Below are positions 1 through 8,047 of a stretch of 15,297 nucleotides of DNA, piece by piece. Made by a program: the position numbers and the translations under genes. How positions within the stretch are numbered: the first letter of the stretch is position 1; each line of letters starts with the position of its first letter. The stretch is from Waddliaceae bacterium (GTDB lineage Bacteria > Chlamydiota > Chlamydiia > Chlamydiales > SLFE01): assembly GCA_963783885.1 (NCBI GenBank), contig CAWAPJ010000015.1:1-15297 (forward strand), read 5' to 3'. The notes beneath the pieces are model-generated. The model made no database searches. It saw only the letters and a program-made list of their open reading frames with translations, and was not told where the DNA came from.

Positions 1-7
1 CCTCCCA

Positions 8-35
8 TTGCCAAAAAATGGGAAAACTGTAGAAT
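8..35 (+). promoter_or_regulatory. Putative sigma70/sigma66-type promoter for ORF 44..1183
   Basis: TTGCCA (8-13), 16-bp spacer, TAGAAT (30-35), then ATG at 44. Overlapped by the perfect inverted repeat TCCCATT-N7-AATGGGA (3-23). Confidence 0.5.
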
Positions 36-43
36 AAGCCCAT

Positions 44-1183
44 ATGGTGCAATTCTATGACTCTCATTCGATTGAGAGTGCCAACTGGCCTGACGATGAA
101 GAAGGCAATTGGGCTCGCAGATTCTTAGTTCCATTCATCAAAAATGGTCCTGAAACTTATATCAAAAACGTGAAAACAGAGCTTCTGGCTCTGGAAATCA
201 ACGGGATTATTTTACCCATAACCGTCAGCCAAAATCACCCCGCCCCCTCCTGCTATGTCAGCTCTCCTGCCTCATTTTATGGTGTGTTTGCCAAAGAAAG
301 GGTTTCCGATATGGACAACCGCTTTCTGCGATCTTTTCTTGGCCCTGTGGTCTCAACACTCCATAAAAGTTTGCAAATAGGACAGTTGGATAAAATAGTA
401 TACGTCAACAACTGGCTTTTGTCCACTAATATTTACCCCGATTTAAGCGTGGATCAGTTGATTCATATTCGGAACGTTCTAATCGAGAAATATCCCGATC
501 ACGCTATCGGCTTCAGATCAATCAATCAAGTTGACAGTCTCAGCTGTTTCGAAGCTCTCAAAAAGGCTGAATTCGAATTTGTGGCGACACGTCCCATCTA
601 TTTTGTCGACGCCCGCGAGACCGATCACTTCAAATCGCGCATGTTTAAAAGCGATTTGAAAATATTAAAAAATACCGATTATGAAATCATCGACCACCAC
701 CAGGTGAGCGATGAGGATATTCCCCGAATTATTGAAATCTATCGCATGCTTTATCTCGACAAATACTCGAATCTTAATCCTCAATTGACTGAAAAGTTTA
801 TTGAACTGGTCATTAAGGATAAAATTCTGCATTTAAAACTTTTGAGAAAAAACGGCAGGGTCGATGGCGTCCTCGGCTTTTTTTGGCGGCATAATGTGAT
901 CACATCCCCTCTTTTTGGCTACGATACGACTCTGCCGAAGGAAGTGGGACTTTATCGGATGATTTCCACTCTACTCTCGCTGGAAGCCAAAGAAAGAGGT
1001 ATGCTTTTGAATATGAGTTCGGGCGCCGGAGGGTATAAAACCCTAAGACGGGCAAAGCCCTATATTGAATACAACGCGATCTATACCAAACACTTGGCAT
1101 TAAAAAGACGCATGCCCTGGGCGATCCTTCGCAATCTTATGAATCGAGTTGCCTCCCCAATGATGTTTACTCTTGACCGTTAA
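44..1183 (+). CDS. Conserved hypothetical protein, probable GNAT/FemAB-like acyltransferase fold
   Basis: 379-aa ORF with motifs YVSSP, VNNWLLSTNIY, HAIGFRSIN, LYLDKYSxLNPQLT, PLFGYD and SSGAGGYKxLR. I recall these from a family annotated as GNAT-family N-acetyltransferases. Substrate unknown. Confidence 0.6.
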   Translation: MVQFYDSHSIESANWPDDEEGNWARRFLVPFIKNGPETYIKNVKTELLALEINGIILPITVSQNHPAPSCYVSSPASFYGVFAKERVSDMDNRFLRSFLGPVVSTLHKSLQIGQLDKIVYVNNWLLSTNIYPDLSVDQLIHIRNVLIEKYPDHAIGFRSINQVDSLSCFEALKKAEFEFVATRPIYFVDARETDHFKSRMFKSDLKILKNTDYEIIDHHQVSDEDIPRIIEIYRMLYLDKYSNLNPQLTEKFIELVIKDKILHLKLLRKNGRVDGVLGFFWRHNVITSPLFGYDTTLPKEVGLYRMISTLLSLEAKERGMLLNMSSGAGGYKTLRRAKPYIEYNAIYTKHLALKRRMPWAILRNLMNRVASPMMFTLDR

Positions 1184-1220
1184 ATGCATTCAGGAGAATG
1201 TATGGAAAAGGAGCCAATCA

Positions 1221-1736
1221 ATGGAAACGGTAAGAGCTAATAAAGGGCTGTTCATCTTTGAGAGCCTAGTCTTCATCTGTTTGGGAATCCTGGCCATCGC
1301 CATTCCCGGTCTATTTACTCTGAGCATTGAGCTGCTTGTAGGCATATTGTTTGTCGTAGGCGGAATCCTGCAAATCGCCCGCTCTTTTCAAGGGCACACA
1401 AGCGGTGAAATCGCCACATTAGTGATCAGCGGATTATTTTACTTAGTCATTGGTGTTTTACTGTTGATCTTTCCGGTTGTCGGCGTCCTTTCACTGACCA
1501 TGCTTTTAGGCATTACATTTCTTGTTCAGGGCATTTTGCAAATTTACTGGGGGTTTGCTTCTAGAGTCCTGAAAAACTGGGGATGGTGGGTATTCAGTGG
1601 AGTCATTTCCATTCTGCTGGCGATCATCATTTTTGCCCAATGGCCTCTCTCTGCAGTCTGGTTTATAGGCCTGCTTGTCGGTATTAACCTTTTGTTTTAC
1701 GGCTTTAGCTTGTTGTTCATCACTTTAGAAGCTTAA
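1221..1736 (+). CDS. HdeD/DUF308 family acid-resistance membrane protein
   Basis: About 6 hydrophobic helices with the repeated G-I-L-A-I-x-x-P pattern and WPLSAVWFIGLLVGINLLFYG. AGGAG at 1209-1213 lies 7 nt before ATG 1221, so this start is preferred over TTG 1173. Confidence 0.85.
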   Translation: METVRANKGLFIFESLVFICLGILAIAIPGLFTLSIELLVGILFVVGGILQIARSFQGHTSGEIATLVISGLFYLVIGVLLLIFPVVGVLSLTMLLGITFLVQGILQIYWGFASRVLKNWGWWVFSGVISILLAIIIFAQWPLSAVWFIGLLVGINLLFYGFSLLFITLEA

Positions 1737-2770
1737 CCCGCATAAGTATCGCTGCAACAGGACAAGGGTCCGCGGGCATAGCGATCGGATACCACTTCAT
1801 GAATAAATGCGCTGATCAAAGATGCGGCAAGATGCGCCGTTCTGCCGTCAATGTCGTATTTCGGGTTCATTTCCGCAACGTCAAATCCTATAACCCGCCC
1901 CGAGCGGGCTAATTTTTTTAGCTGGGGCACCACGTGATAAGGAAAGAGTCCAAGCGACTGCGGGGCGCTGACGCCCGGAGCAAAGGGTGCAGCAAAAACA
2001 TCGAGGCAGATTGTCAAATAAATGCCCTGCCGCAAGGAGAGCTGCTCGTCTAAAACCTGATCCTTTAAGGGATCGCCCAAATGATAGGCTTCAGCAGATG
2101 CGTAATGGACTCCGTAGTCTTTGGCCGTCTGAAAAAGCGACGAAGTATTTCCAGTATTTTGAATACCGAGGCATGTATAATGAAAAGGGATTTTGCGCCT
2201 TTTGCAATCTTCGCCCATTTGTAAAAATGAAGTTCCGGAACTCCCTTCGCCTTCAAAAGGCCTCATATCAAAATGAGAATCGAAATTCACAATCGAAATT
2301 GCCGATTTCGGAAGGGCTTTTCTAAGACCCTGATAATGGCCCCAGGCAATCTCGTGGCCGCCGCCTATCAGAATGGGAAAAATCCCTTGATCCAAGAGCG
2401 ATTGCACGGTTTTTCCCAAACACTTTTGAGCGGCCTCCAATTCGCCATCGTCGCAAGTGATATCGCCCAAATCAAAAAATTTCCAATTTTCCGGAACGTT
2501 TACAGGAAACCCGGCGAGAGTTTCCCTAATGGCGTCAGGACCTCTGAAGGCTCCTGTCCTGCCGTGATTCCGCCTCACTCCTTCGTCCGAGGCAAATCCC
2601 AATAAACCGAAATTCATAGCGTCAGGCGACGTAGAAAGGGGCTGCCTGAGGTCGTCCACCACAAACACTTCATGAAAACGTTTAGCCTCCCGCCCGTCGC
2701 TTCGCCCTTGCCAAGGTGATTTGCTTGCAGGCCTGTAGTGGTTGACCCACTGCCGATCGTCATAAAGCAT
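1733..2770 (-). CDS. hutG: Formimidoylglutamase (arginase/ureohydrolase family)
   Basis: WQGRxDG, DEGVRRNHGR, GGGHEIAWGHY, NFDSHFD, TICLDVF, APGVSAP and DVAEMNP motifs. Last gene of the hut operon, with GAAGGAG upstream. Confidence 0.93.
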   Translation of the reverse strand: MLYDDRQWVNHYRPASKSPWQGRSDGREAKRFHEVFVVDDLRQPLSTSPDAMNFGLLGFASDEGVRRNHGRTGAFRGPDAIRETLAGFPVNVPENWKFFDLGDITCDDGELEAAQKCLGKTVQSLLDQGIFPILIGGGHEIAWGHYQGLRKALPKSAISIVNFDSHFDMRPFEGEGSSGTSFLQMGEDCKRRKIPFHYTCLGIQNTGNTSSLFQTAKDYGVHYASAEAYHLGDPLKDQVLDEQLSLRQGIYLTICLDVFAAPFAPGVSAPQSLGLFPYHVVPQLKKLARSGRVIGFDVAEMNPKYDIDGRTAHLAASLISAFIHEVVSDRYARGPLSCCSDTYAG

Positions 2771-4010
2771 ATGTCGCTTCTCCTTCAGTAAAAACCATTT
2801 GGGGTGTCAGAGTCCCCTGATGGTATAGAATTTCCTGATATCGTTTTGCGGGAAAAACAGCGAAGTCCGCTCGCATTCCCGGCCTTAAAATGCCCCTGTC
2901 GTCAAGCTTTAATGCGCGGGCCGCCCTTTCCGTAATGGCGGCAAACGTTTCAGCGCTGCTCAATTTTTCATAGGCGCTAAGAATTGACGCTTCTGTAAGA
3001 AGATCGCCCATTGGTGCTGAACCCGGGTTCCAGTCGGAGGCGATAACAAGAGGCAGTCCTTCATGCAGCAGGGCCTTCGCCGGCGCAAATTTCATACCGA
3101 GACCAAGCGATGCTCCGGGAAGAACAATAGGAAACACATCGGATTTGGCCAGTTGCTTGACATCCTCCTTTCCGGTCTGTTCAAGATGATCGATACTCAA
3201 AGCCCCGATCTCGGCAGCAAGCCTGGCTCCCCCTTGAGAAAATTGATCGCCATGAATGACGAGATCGAACCCTTTTGCTTTGGCTTTCATCAAATATTGC
3301 CGCGCCTCATCAATAGAAAAAGCACCCTCTTCGACAAAAATATCAATGCGATTTGAGAGCTTATTTTCGATAAGAACCGGAAAAAGATCTTTGACAATAG
3401 TATCGAGATAATCCAAAGGGTGTTCAAATTCATCGGGTTTGAGATGAGCGGCAAGGCATGTCGGAATCAAAGAAACCGGCTGCAATTCATCGGCGTTTTT
3501 AATCACTTTAAGCATTTTGATTTCAGAATCAATGGAGAGTCCATACCCGCTTTTCACTTCGCACGTGGTGACCCCTTTCGAGAGCATGCGCTTTGTACGG
3601 CTCAGCACTCCAAGCAGAAGGTCTTCGAAAGTCGCGGCGCGCGTTTGCCCCACGGTATTTTTGATCCCTCCCCCCTTCGCTGCGATCTGCTGGTATGTTG
3701 CGCCCTCCAATTTCAGGGCATACTCTTCCGAACGGGAGCCGGCAAAGCAGATATGGGTATGGGAATCGACAAAACCGGGCAAAGCAACCGACGGAAAATC
3801 TATTTCAAACCGATCCCCCGGGAAATCATCCATATCGGACCATCTGCCGACAGCATCAATGAACCCGTTTTGGACAAGAATTCCGCCGTTTGCAATGATT
3901 TGGAGATCGCTATCGGCGAGGGGCCCTTTCGGATTCAGCCCTTCCATCGTGATCAATTGATCAAACGGTCCAATGAGATAACTAGATGAGTATGTTTTTT
4001 TCTTTTCCAT
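2760..4010 (-). CDS. hutI: Imidazolonepropionase
   Basis: Amidohydrolase motifs [26 protein letters not shown] and ASDWNPGS. Start uncertain: in-frame ATGs at 4043, 4028, 4022 and 4010 all overlap the hutU end. 4010 was chosen as closest to the conserved LIGPF N-terminus. Confidence 0.93.
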   Translation of the reverse strand: MEKKKTYSSSYLIGPFDQLITMEGLNPKGPLADSDLQIIANGGILVQNGFIDAVGRWSDMDDFPGDRFEIDFPSVALPGFVDSHTHICFAGSRSEEYALKLEGATYQQIAAKGGGIKNTVGQTRAATFEDLLLGVLSRTKRMLSKGVTTCEVKSGYGLSIDSEIKMLKVIKNADELQPVSLIPTCLAAHLKPDEFEHPLDYLDTIVKDLFPVLIENKLSNRIDIFVEEGAFSIDEARQYLMKAKAKGFDLVIHGDQFSQGGARLAAEIGALSIDHLEQTGKEDVKQLAKSDVFPIVLPGASLGLGMKFAPAKALLHEGLPLVIASDWNPGSAPMGDLLTEASILSAYEKLSSAETFAAITERAARALKLDDRGILRPGMRADFAVFPAKRYQEILYHQGTLTPQMVFTEGEATYAL

Positions 4011-5646
4011 AATTGATTGCATCTTCATATCCGGCGTCGGCATGACGGATCACCCCTATTGCCGGATCGTTGTGGAGAACTCTCCTTAAGCATCGCTCGG
4101 ACCTCTCGGTGCCGTCAGCGACAATTACCATTCCTGCGTGTTGGGAATATCCCATTCCGACGCCTCCTCCGTGATGGAAAGAGACCCAGGTAGCTCCGCC
4201 TGCGGTATTAGCCATAAGGTTCAGAAGCGGCCAGTCGGAAATTGCGTCGGAACCATCTTTCATCCCCTCGGTTTCCCTATAAGGCGAAGCTACTGAACCG
4301 GTATCCAAATGGTCGCGGCCGATGACTATGGGCGCGCTCACGATGCCCTTTTGGACAAGTTCGTTAAACTTCAAACCCGCTTTCACCCGGTCTCCCAGAC
4401 CCAGCCAGCAAATTCTGCTCGGAAGCCCTTGAAAAGCGACTTTTTTTCCGGCCTCTTCAAGCCAGTTGACGAGATGCCTGTCATGGGGAAAGAGTTCCAT
4501 CAAGGCTTCATCGGTTCTGTAGATATCTTCCGGATCTCCCGATAGAGCCGCCCAGCGAAAAGGCCCTTTCCCGAGGCAAAACAGAGGACGTATAAACTCG
4601 GGAACAAAACCCGGGATATCGAATGCTTTCTCAGCACCTCCCTGCCGAGCGAATTCCCGAATGTTATTTCCGTAGTCGAACACGATAGAGCCGCGATTTT
4701 TCATTTCCAGCATACAGTTCACATGGCGCGCCATGCTCTTTAGTGAGAGATGTCGATATTTATCAGGGTCTTTTCTCAATTCCTTTGCAGTTTCGATTGT
4801 GTAGCCGGAGGGAATATAGCCATTCAGCGGATCATGCGCCGATGTCTGGTCGGTGACAACATCCGGGGCAACTTCATCGTCAAGAAGTTTTTGGAGAACC
4901 GTTCCAATATCGCCGACAAGGCCGATCGAAAGAGGCTTTTCCTGTGCAGCGGCTTCGAGCGCCCAGTGCCTGGCTTCCTCATAATCTTCGGTCATTTTAT
5001 CAAGGTATCGCGTATCCAGCCGTTTGACAATGCGGTTCGGATCGATATCGACTGCCAAACAAATCCCCTGATTGAGCGTGACGGCAAGTGGCTGCGCCCC
5101 TCCCATTCCTCCGAGCCCTCCAGTCACGACCAGCCTCCCTTTCAAAGACCCGCCGAAATGTTTGCGCGCTAAAGATCCAAAGGTTTCGTATGTTCCCTGC
5201 AAGATCCCTTGGGTGCCGATGTAAATCCAGCTTCCGGCCGTCATTTGGCCGAACATGATCAGTCCTCTTTTTTTGAGCTCTTCAAAATGCTCCCAAGTCG
5301 CCCATTTGGGAACAAGGTTGCTGTTTGCGATCAAAACGCGGGGAGCTTCGGGATGCGTGGGGAGGACACCGACTGCCTTTCCGGATTGTACGAGCAATGA
5401 TTCATCTTCGCTCAGTACAAGAAGCGTTTCAATAATCTTTTGAAGCGCCGGCTCATTTCTCGCCGCCTGTCCCGAGCCGCCATAGACGATGAGATGACCA
5501 GGATCCTCGGCCACTTCTTCGTCGAGATTGTTGAGAAGCATCCTCAAAGGGGCTTCTGTCTGCCATGATTTGGCATTTAACCGGCTTCCTCTAGGCGACC
5601 GGTACCGGGGATGTGAAGCATACTGCTGAAAAAACTGCTCATTCAT
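3982..5646 (-). CDS. hutU: Urocanate hydratase
   Basis: MLLNNLDx[31 protein letters not shown]-binding [18 protein letters not shown] and [18 protein letters not shown]. Start placed at ATG 5646, which forms an ATGA overlap with the upstream gene's stop. Confidence 0.97.
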   Translation of the reverse strand: MNEQFFQQYASHPRYRSPRGSRLNAKSWQTEAPLRMLLNNLDEEVAEDPGHLIVYGGSGQAARNEPALQKIIETLLVLSEDESLLVQSGKAVGVLPTHPEAPRVLIANSNLVPKWATWEHFEELKKRGLIMFGQMTAGSWIYIGTQGILQGTYETFGSLARKHFGGSLKGRLVVTGGLGGMGGAQPLAVTLNQGICLAVDIDPNRIVKRLDTRYLDKMTEDYEEARHWALEAAAQEKPLSIGLVGDIGTVLQKLLDDEVAPDVVTDQTSAHDPLNGYIPSGYTIETAKELRKDPDKYRHLSLKSMARHVNCMLEMKNRGSIVFDYGNNIREFARQGGAEKAFDIPGFVPEFIRPLFCLGKGPFRWAALSGDPEDIYRTDEALMELFPHDRHLVNWLEEAGKKVAFQGLPSRICWLGLGDRVKAGLKFNELVQKGIVSAPIVIGRDHLDTGSVASPYRETEGMKDGSDAISDWPLLNLMANTAGGATWVSFHHGGGVGMGYSQHAGMVIVADGTERSERCLRRVLHNDPAIGVIRHADAGYEDAINYGKEKNILI

Positions 5647-5987
5647 AAAATATACACGCCATCGCACTTGGCGGCTAAAATAAAGTCGCTTTCTGTCAAT
5701 CCATCTACTTTATGGGTCCAGAGTTTTATGACAACCCTTCCCCAAGATAAATAAATGTCGGGGTGATGCCCTTCTCTCTCGGCTATATCTCCAACGCGGT
5801 TAGTAAAATTAAGAGCATCTTTGAAATTTTTGAATGGATATTCCTTCTGCAAGTGGTGCTCATCGATCACTGACCACTGATTGCCTAAATCCTGAAGCAA
5901 TGCTTTGATTGAAGATCCTCGAAGCGGAGGCACCCCCCCTTTGCAGGGAACGCAAGATTTATTTGCAAGGCGGCTTTTTGAGGGCAT
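5643..5987 (-). CDS. phhB: Pterin-4-alpha-carbinolamine dehydratase (PCD/PhhB/DCoH family)
   Basis: Catalytic signature [11 protein letters not shown]...WTH...[12 protein letters not shown] and N-terminal CVPC. AAAGGAG lies 6 nt before ATG 5987. Confidence 0.9.
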   Translation of the reverse strand: MPSKSRLANKSCVPCKGGVPPLRGSSIKALLQDLGNQWSVIDEHHLQKEYPFKNFKDALNFTNRVGDIAEREGHHPDIYLSWGRVVIKLWTHKVDGLTESDFILAAKCDGVYIL

Positions 5988-5998
5988 AATCAACTCCT

Positions 5999-7486
5999 TT
6001 ATATTTTATAAAATACTTCGCATGCCTTGGCGACATCATCCGCGATAATACGGTCATCTTCAAGCTTGGGAACCAACTGGCGAAGCTCTTCATAAACAGG
6101 AGCCGTCCCTATTCCCATCGGAGCGACGTCCCTCAGATCGACAGCCTGGCATGCCGCAAGCATTTCAATAGACAAAACCTTTTCGGCATAGTTGACAATT
6201 TTTGCGAGTTTTCTTGCTGAGGTCATTCCCATAGAAACATGATCTTCTATGCCGGCATTTCCGGGAATTGAATCGGTGCAGGCGGGATTCGCCAGTAATT
6301 TGCATTCATTAACTAAAGACGCGGCCAGATATTGAATGGCCATATATCCCGAACACACACCCTCATACGGGGTAAGAAATGCGGGCAATCCGCTCATATT
6401 GGGATTGAGCATCAATTCAAGGCGTCTTTCGGAAATATTGGCCATTTCGGAAAGAGCCATTGCCGCCAAGTCGAAAGCGAGTGCGAGGGGCTGGCCGTGA
6501 AAATTTCCCCCGCTGATGATAAGTCCTTCTTCAGCAAATACCAATGGGTTGTCGGTGGCTGCATTCAACTCTTTTTCGGCTACTTCAATTGCATAATTCA
6601 GGGCGTCGAGACTGGCGCCATGAACTTGCGGGGCGCATCTTAGCGAGTAGGAATCCTGCAAGCGAAGAGGCTCTGTAAATTCCATGCCTAGATACGACCC
6701 TTCCAGCTGCTTGGAAATCTCATGAGCTGCGATCATCTGTCCAAGCTGGCCTCGCGATGTATGCAGATCGGGATTTAAAGGCTGAAGATTCGCCTTCATC
6801 GCCTCATAGCTGAGCGCTGTAATCCGATGGCTGCGGCGGATCAACTCTTTGGCTTCATAAAGGGCCAGCACCCCAATGGCGAGCATAATCTGCGTGCCGT
6901 TGATCATCCCGATCCCTTCTTTTATATCTAATTGAAGGGCTTTGAGTCCTTCCTGTTTCAAAGCATCCGACGCGTTGACGTATTCTCCCTTGTAGAAAAC
7001 CTGCCCCTCACCAATCAGTGGAAGGGCCAAATGAGCGAGCGGAGCAAGATCCCCGCTCGCCCCGACAGAACCGAACTCCGGAATAATGGGGTAGATTTCG
7101 CGGTTGATCAGCTCTTTAAGCAAAACTAAAAGCTCGAAGCTCACACCTGTATATCCTTTCGCAAGAACATTGAGACGAAGAACCATAGACAGCCGTGTTT
7201 GGGGAAAGGAAAGAGGATTTCCGGATCCGGCCGCGTGGCTGACAATAATATTTTTCTGAAGCTGCTTCAATTCCTCGAGAGGCACGCGTGTCTTGGCAGA
7301 ATAGCCGAAACCGGTATTAATGCCGTAAACCGCGCCGTTTTTTTGAGCTTCTTGTTGAACAAATTGCCGGCACTGCCGGACACGGTTTTCAACATCGTCT
7401 GCAAAACCGATCCCGGCTCCATAGGCAATGTCATAAGCCTGCTCCAAAGTCAGGCTGCTGCCATCCAGTTTAATCATTTTATCCAT
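5999..7486 (-). CDS. hutH: Histidine ammonia-lyase
   Basis: YGINTGFG, His-specificity residues SH (IIVSHAAG), MIO-forming GSVGASGDL, QDSYSLRC, GGNFHGQP and EDHVSMG. An alternative start at ATG 7477 (MIKLDG) is plausible. Confidence 0.96.
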   Translation of the reverse strand: MDKMIKLDGSSLTLEQAYDIAYGAGIGFADDVENRVRQCRQFVQQEAQKNGAVYGINTGFGYSAKTRVPLEELKQLQKNIIVSHAAGSGNPLSFPQTRLSMVLRLNVLAKGYTGVSFELLVLLKELINREIYPIIPEFGSVGASGDLAPLAHLALPLIGEGQVFYKGEYVNASDALKQEGLKALQLDIKEGIGMINGTQIMLAIGVLALYEAKELIRRSHRITALSYEAMKANLQPLNPDLHTSRGQLGQMIAAHEISKQLEGSYLGMEFTEPLRLQDSYSLRCAPQVHGASLDALNYAIEVAEKELNAATDNPLVFAEEGLIISGGNFHGQPLALAFDLAAMALSEMANISERRLELMLNPNMSGLPAFLTPYEGVCSGYMAIQYLAASLVNECKLLANPACTDSIPGNAGIEDHVSMGMTSARKLAKIVNYAEKVLSIEMLAACQAVDLRDVAPMGIGTAPVYEELRQLVPKLEDDRIIADDVAKACEVFYKI

Positions 7487-7494
7487 ACAAGCAC
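7475..7494 (-). promoter_or_regulatory. Candidate HutC-type operator overlapping the hutH start
   Basis: Minus strand reads GTGCTTGTATGGATAAAATG, resembling the enterobacterial HutC operator as I recall it (ATGCTTGTATAGACAAGTAT). The right half-site is degenerate. Confidence 0.35.
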
Positions 7495-7515
7495 TTGTTA
7501 GAATTTTTGGTACAG

Positions 7516-7544
7516 ATAATATGATGACTTTCTGTTGCTGTCCA
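7516..7544 (-). promoter_or_regulatory. Putative sigma70/sigma66 promoter of the hut operon
   Basis: Minus strand TGGACA (7544-7539), 17 bp, TATTAT (7521-7516). Each hexamer matches consensus 5/6 and lies in the 68-bp gap upstream of hutH. Confidence 0.6.
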
Positions 7545-7554
7545 GAAAAAAGTT

Positions 7555-7962
7555 CTACTCGGACTCTGAGGGTTTAGATCTAAACTGTTTTTTTTCCGAT
7601 TGCCGTTTTTTATTTTGCAGCATTTTTTCTTTCGCCCGTTTCGACCGCTTTCTTTTTTGGCGTTTGATTTTTTCAATGGCCTTTTTCTTCTCCGACTTTT
7701 CCTTGAAAATCAACTCTTCTAATCGTTCGCATAGCATTTTTCTGGCAGTGTATCGGTTCAATTCCCTTGAGCGGCTATGCTGGCATTTAATCTCGATGCA
7801 GGAGGGTTTGTGCTTCAAATAAACGCAGGAATAAGTCTTATTAATTTTCTGGCCCCCTTTTCCCGAGCCCAGAATGAATTTTTCGCTTAGATCGTCCTCT
7901 TCAATCCCCAATTTTTCCATTCTGGATTGAAGCTCTTCTTGCTTTTCTTTTTTAATTGCCAT
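7555..7962 (-). CDS. Short RF-1-domain GGQ peptidyl-tRNA hydrolase (ribosome rescue; ArfB/C12orf65-like)
   Basis: EKFILGSGKGGQKINKT (GGQ motif), RSRELNRYTAR and a long K/R-rich C-terminal tail. At 135 aa it lacks codon-recognition domains. Confidence 0.88.
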   Translation of the reverse strand: MAIKKEKQEELQSRMEKLGIEEDDLSEKFILGSGKGGQKINKTYSCVYLKHKPSCIEIKCQHSRSRELNRYTARKMLCERLEELIFKEKSEKKKAIEKIKRQKRKRSKRAKEKMLQNKKRQSEKKQFRSKPSESE

Positions 7963-8033
7963 AAAGTACTCATTAATTATGACTTAATAATACCATATGC
8001 AATAATAAAGCTGCAGTAGTAATATGAGGGTAT

Positions 8034-8040
8034 AAGGAGG
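8034..8040 (+). promoter_or_regulatory. Strong Shine-Dalgarno of zwf
   Basis: AAGGAGG 7 nt upstream of ATG 8048. Confidence 0.8.
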
Positions 8041-8047
8041 GAAGTTC

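Noticed and set aside
1173..1220. Longer TTG start for hdeD
   Set aside because: Overlaps the upstream gene and lacks an SD, whereas ATG 1221 has AGGAG at good spacing.
3420..3989. Two overlapping plus-strand ORFs (189 and 147 aa)
   Set aside because: Antisense to well-supported hutI, with no motifs.
5999..7486. Phe/Tyr ammonia-lyase interpretation of hutH, prompted by the adjacent PCD
   Set aside because: The specificity position reads SH, typical of histidine ammonia-lyases, and hutU, hutI and hutG follow.
7529..7552. Hairpin TTTCTG-N8-CAGAAA as an intrinsic terminator for the GGQ gene
   Set aside because: Weak AT-rich stem, and on the minus strand the U-run precedes rather than follows the stem.
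7479..7822. K-rich 65-aa minus ORF and F-rich 95-aa plus ORF
   Set aside because: Alternative-frame and antisense by-products of the A-rich basic tail of the GGQ protein.
7963..8033. Divergent promoters between the GGQ gene and zwf
   Set aside because: Promoters must exist here, but the AT-rich sequence offers several weak hexamer pairs (e.g. TTGCAT-15-CATAAT on minus) and none can be called confidently.
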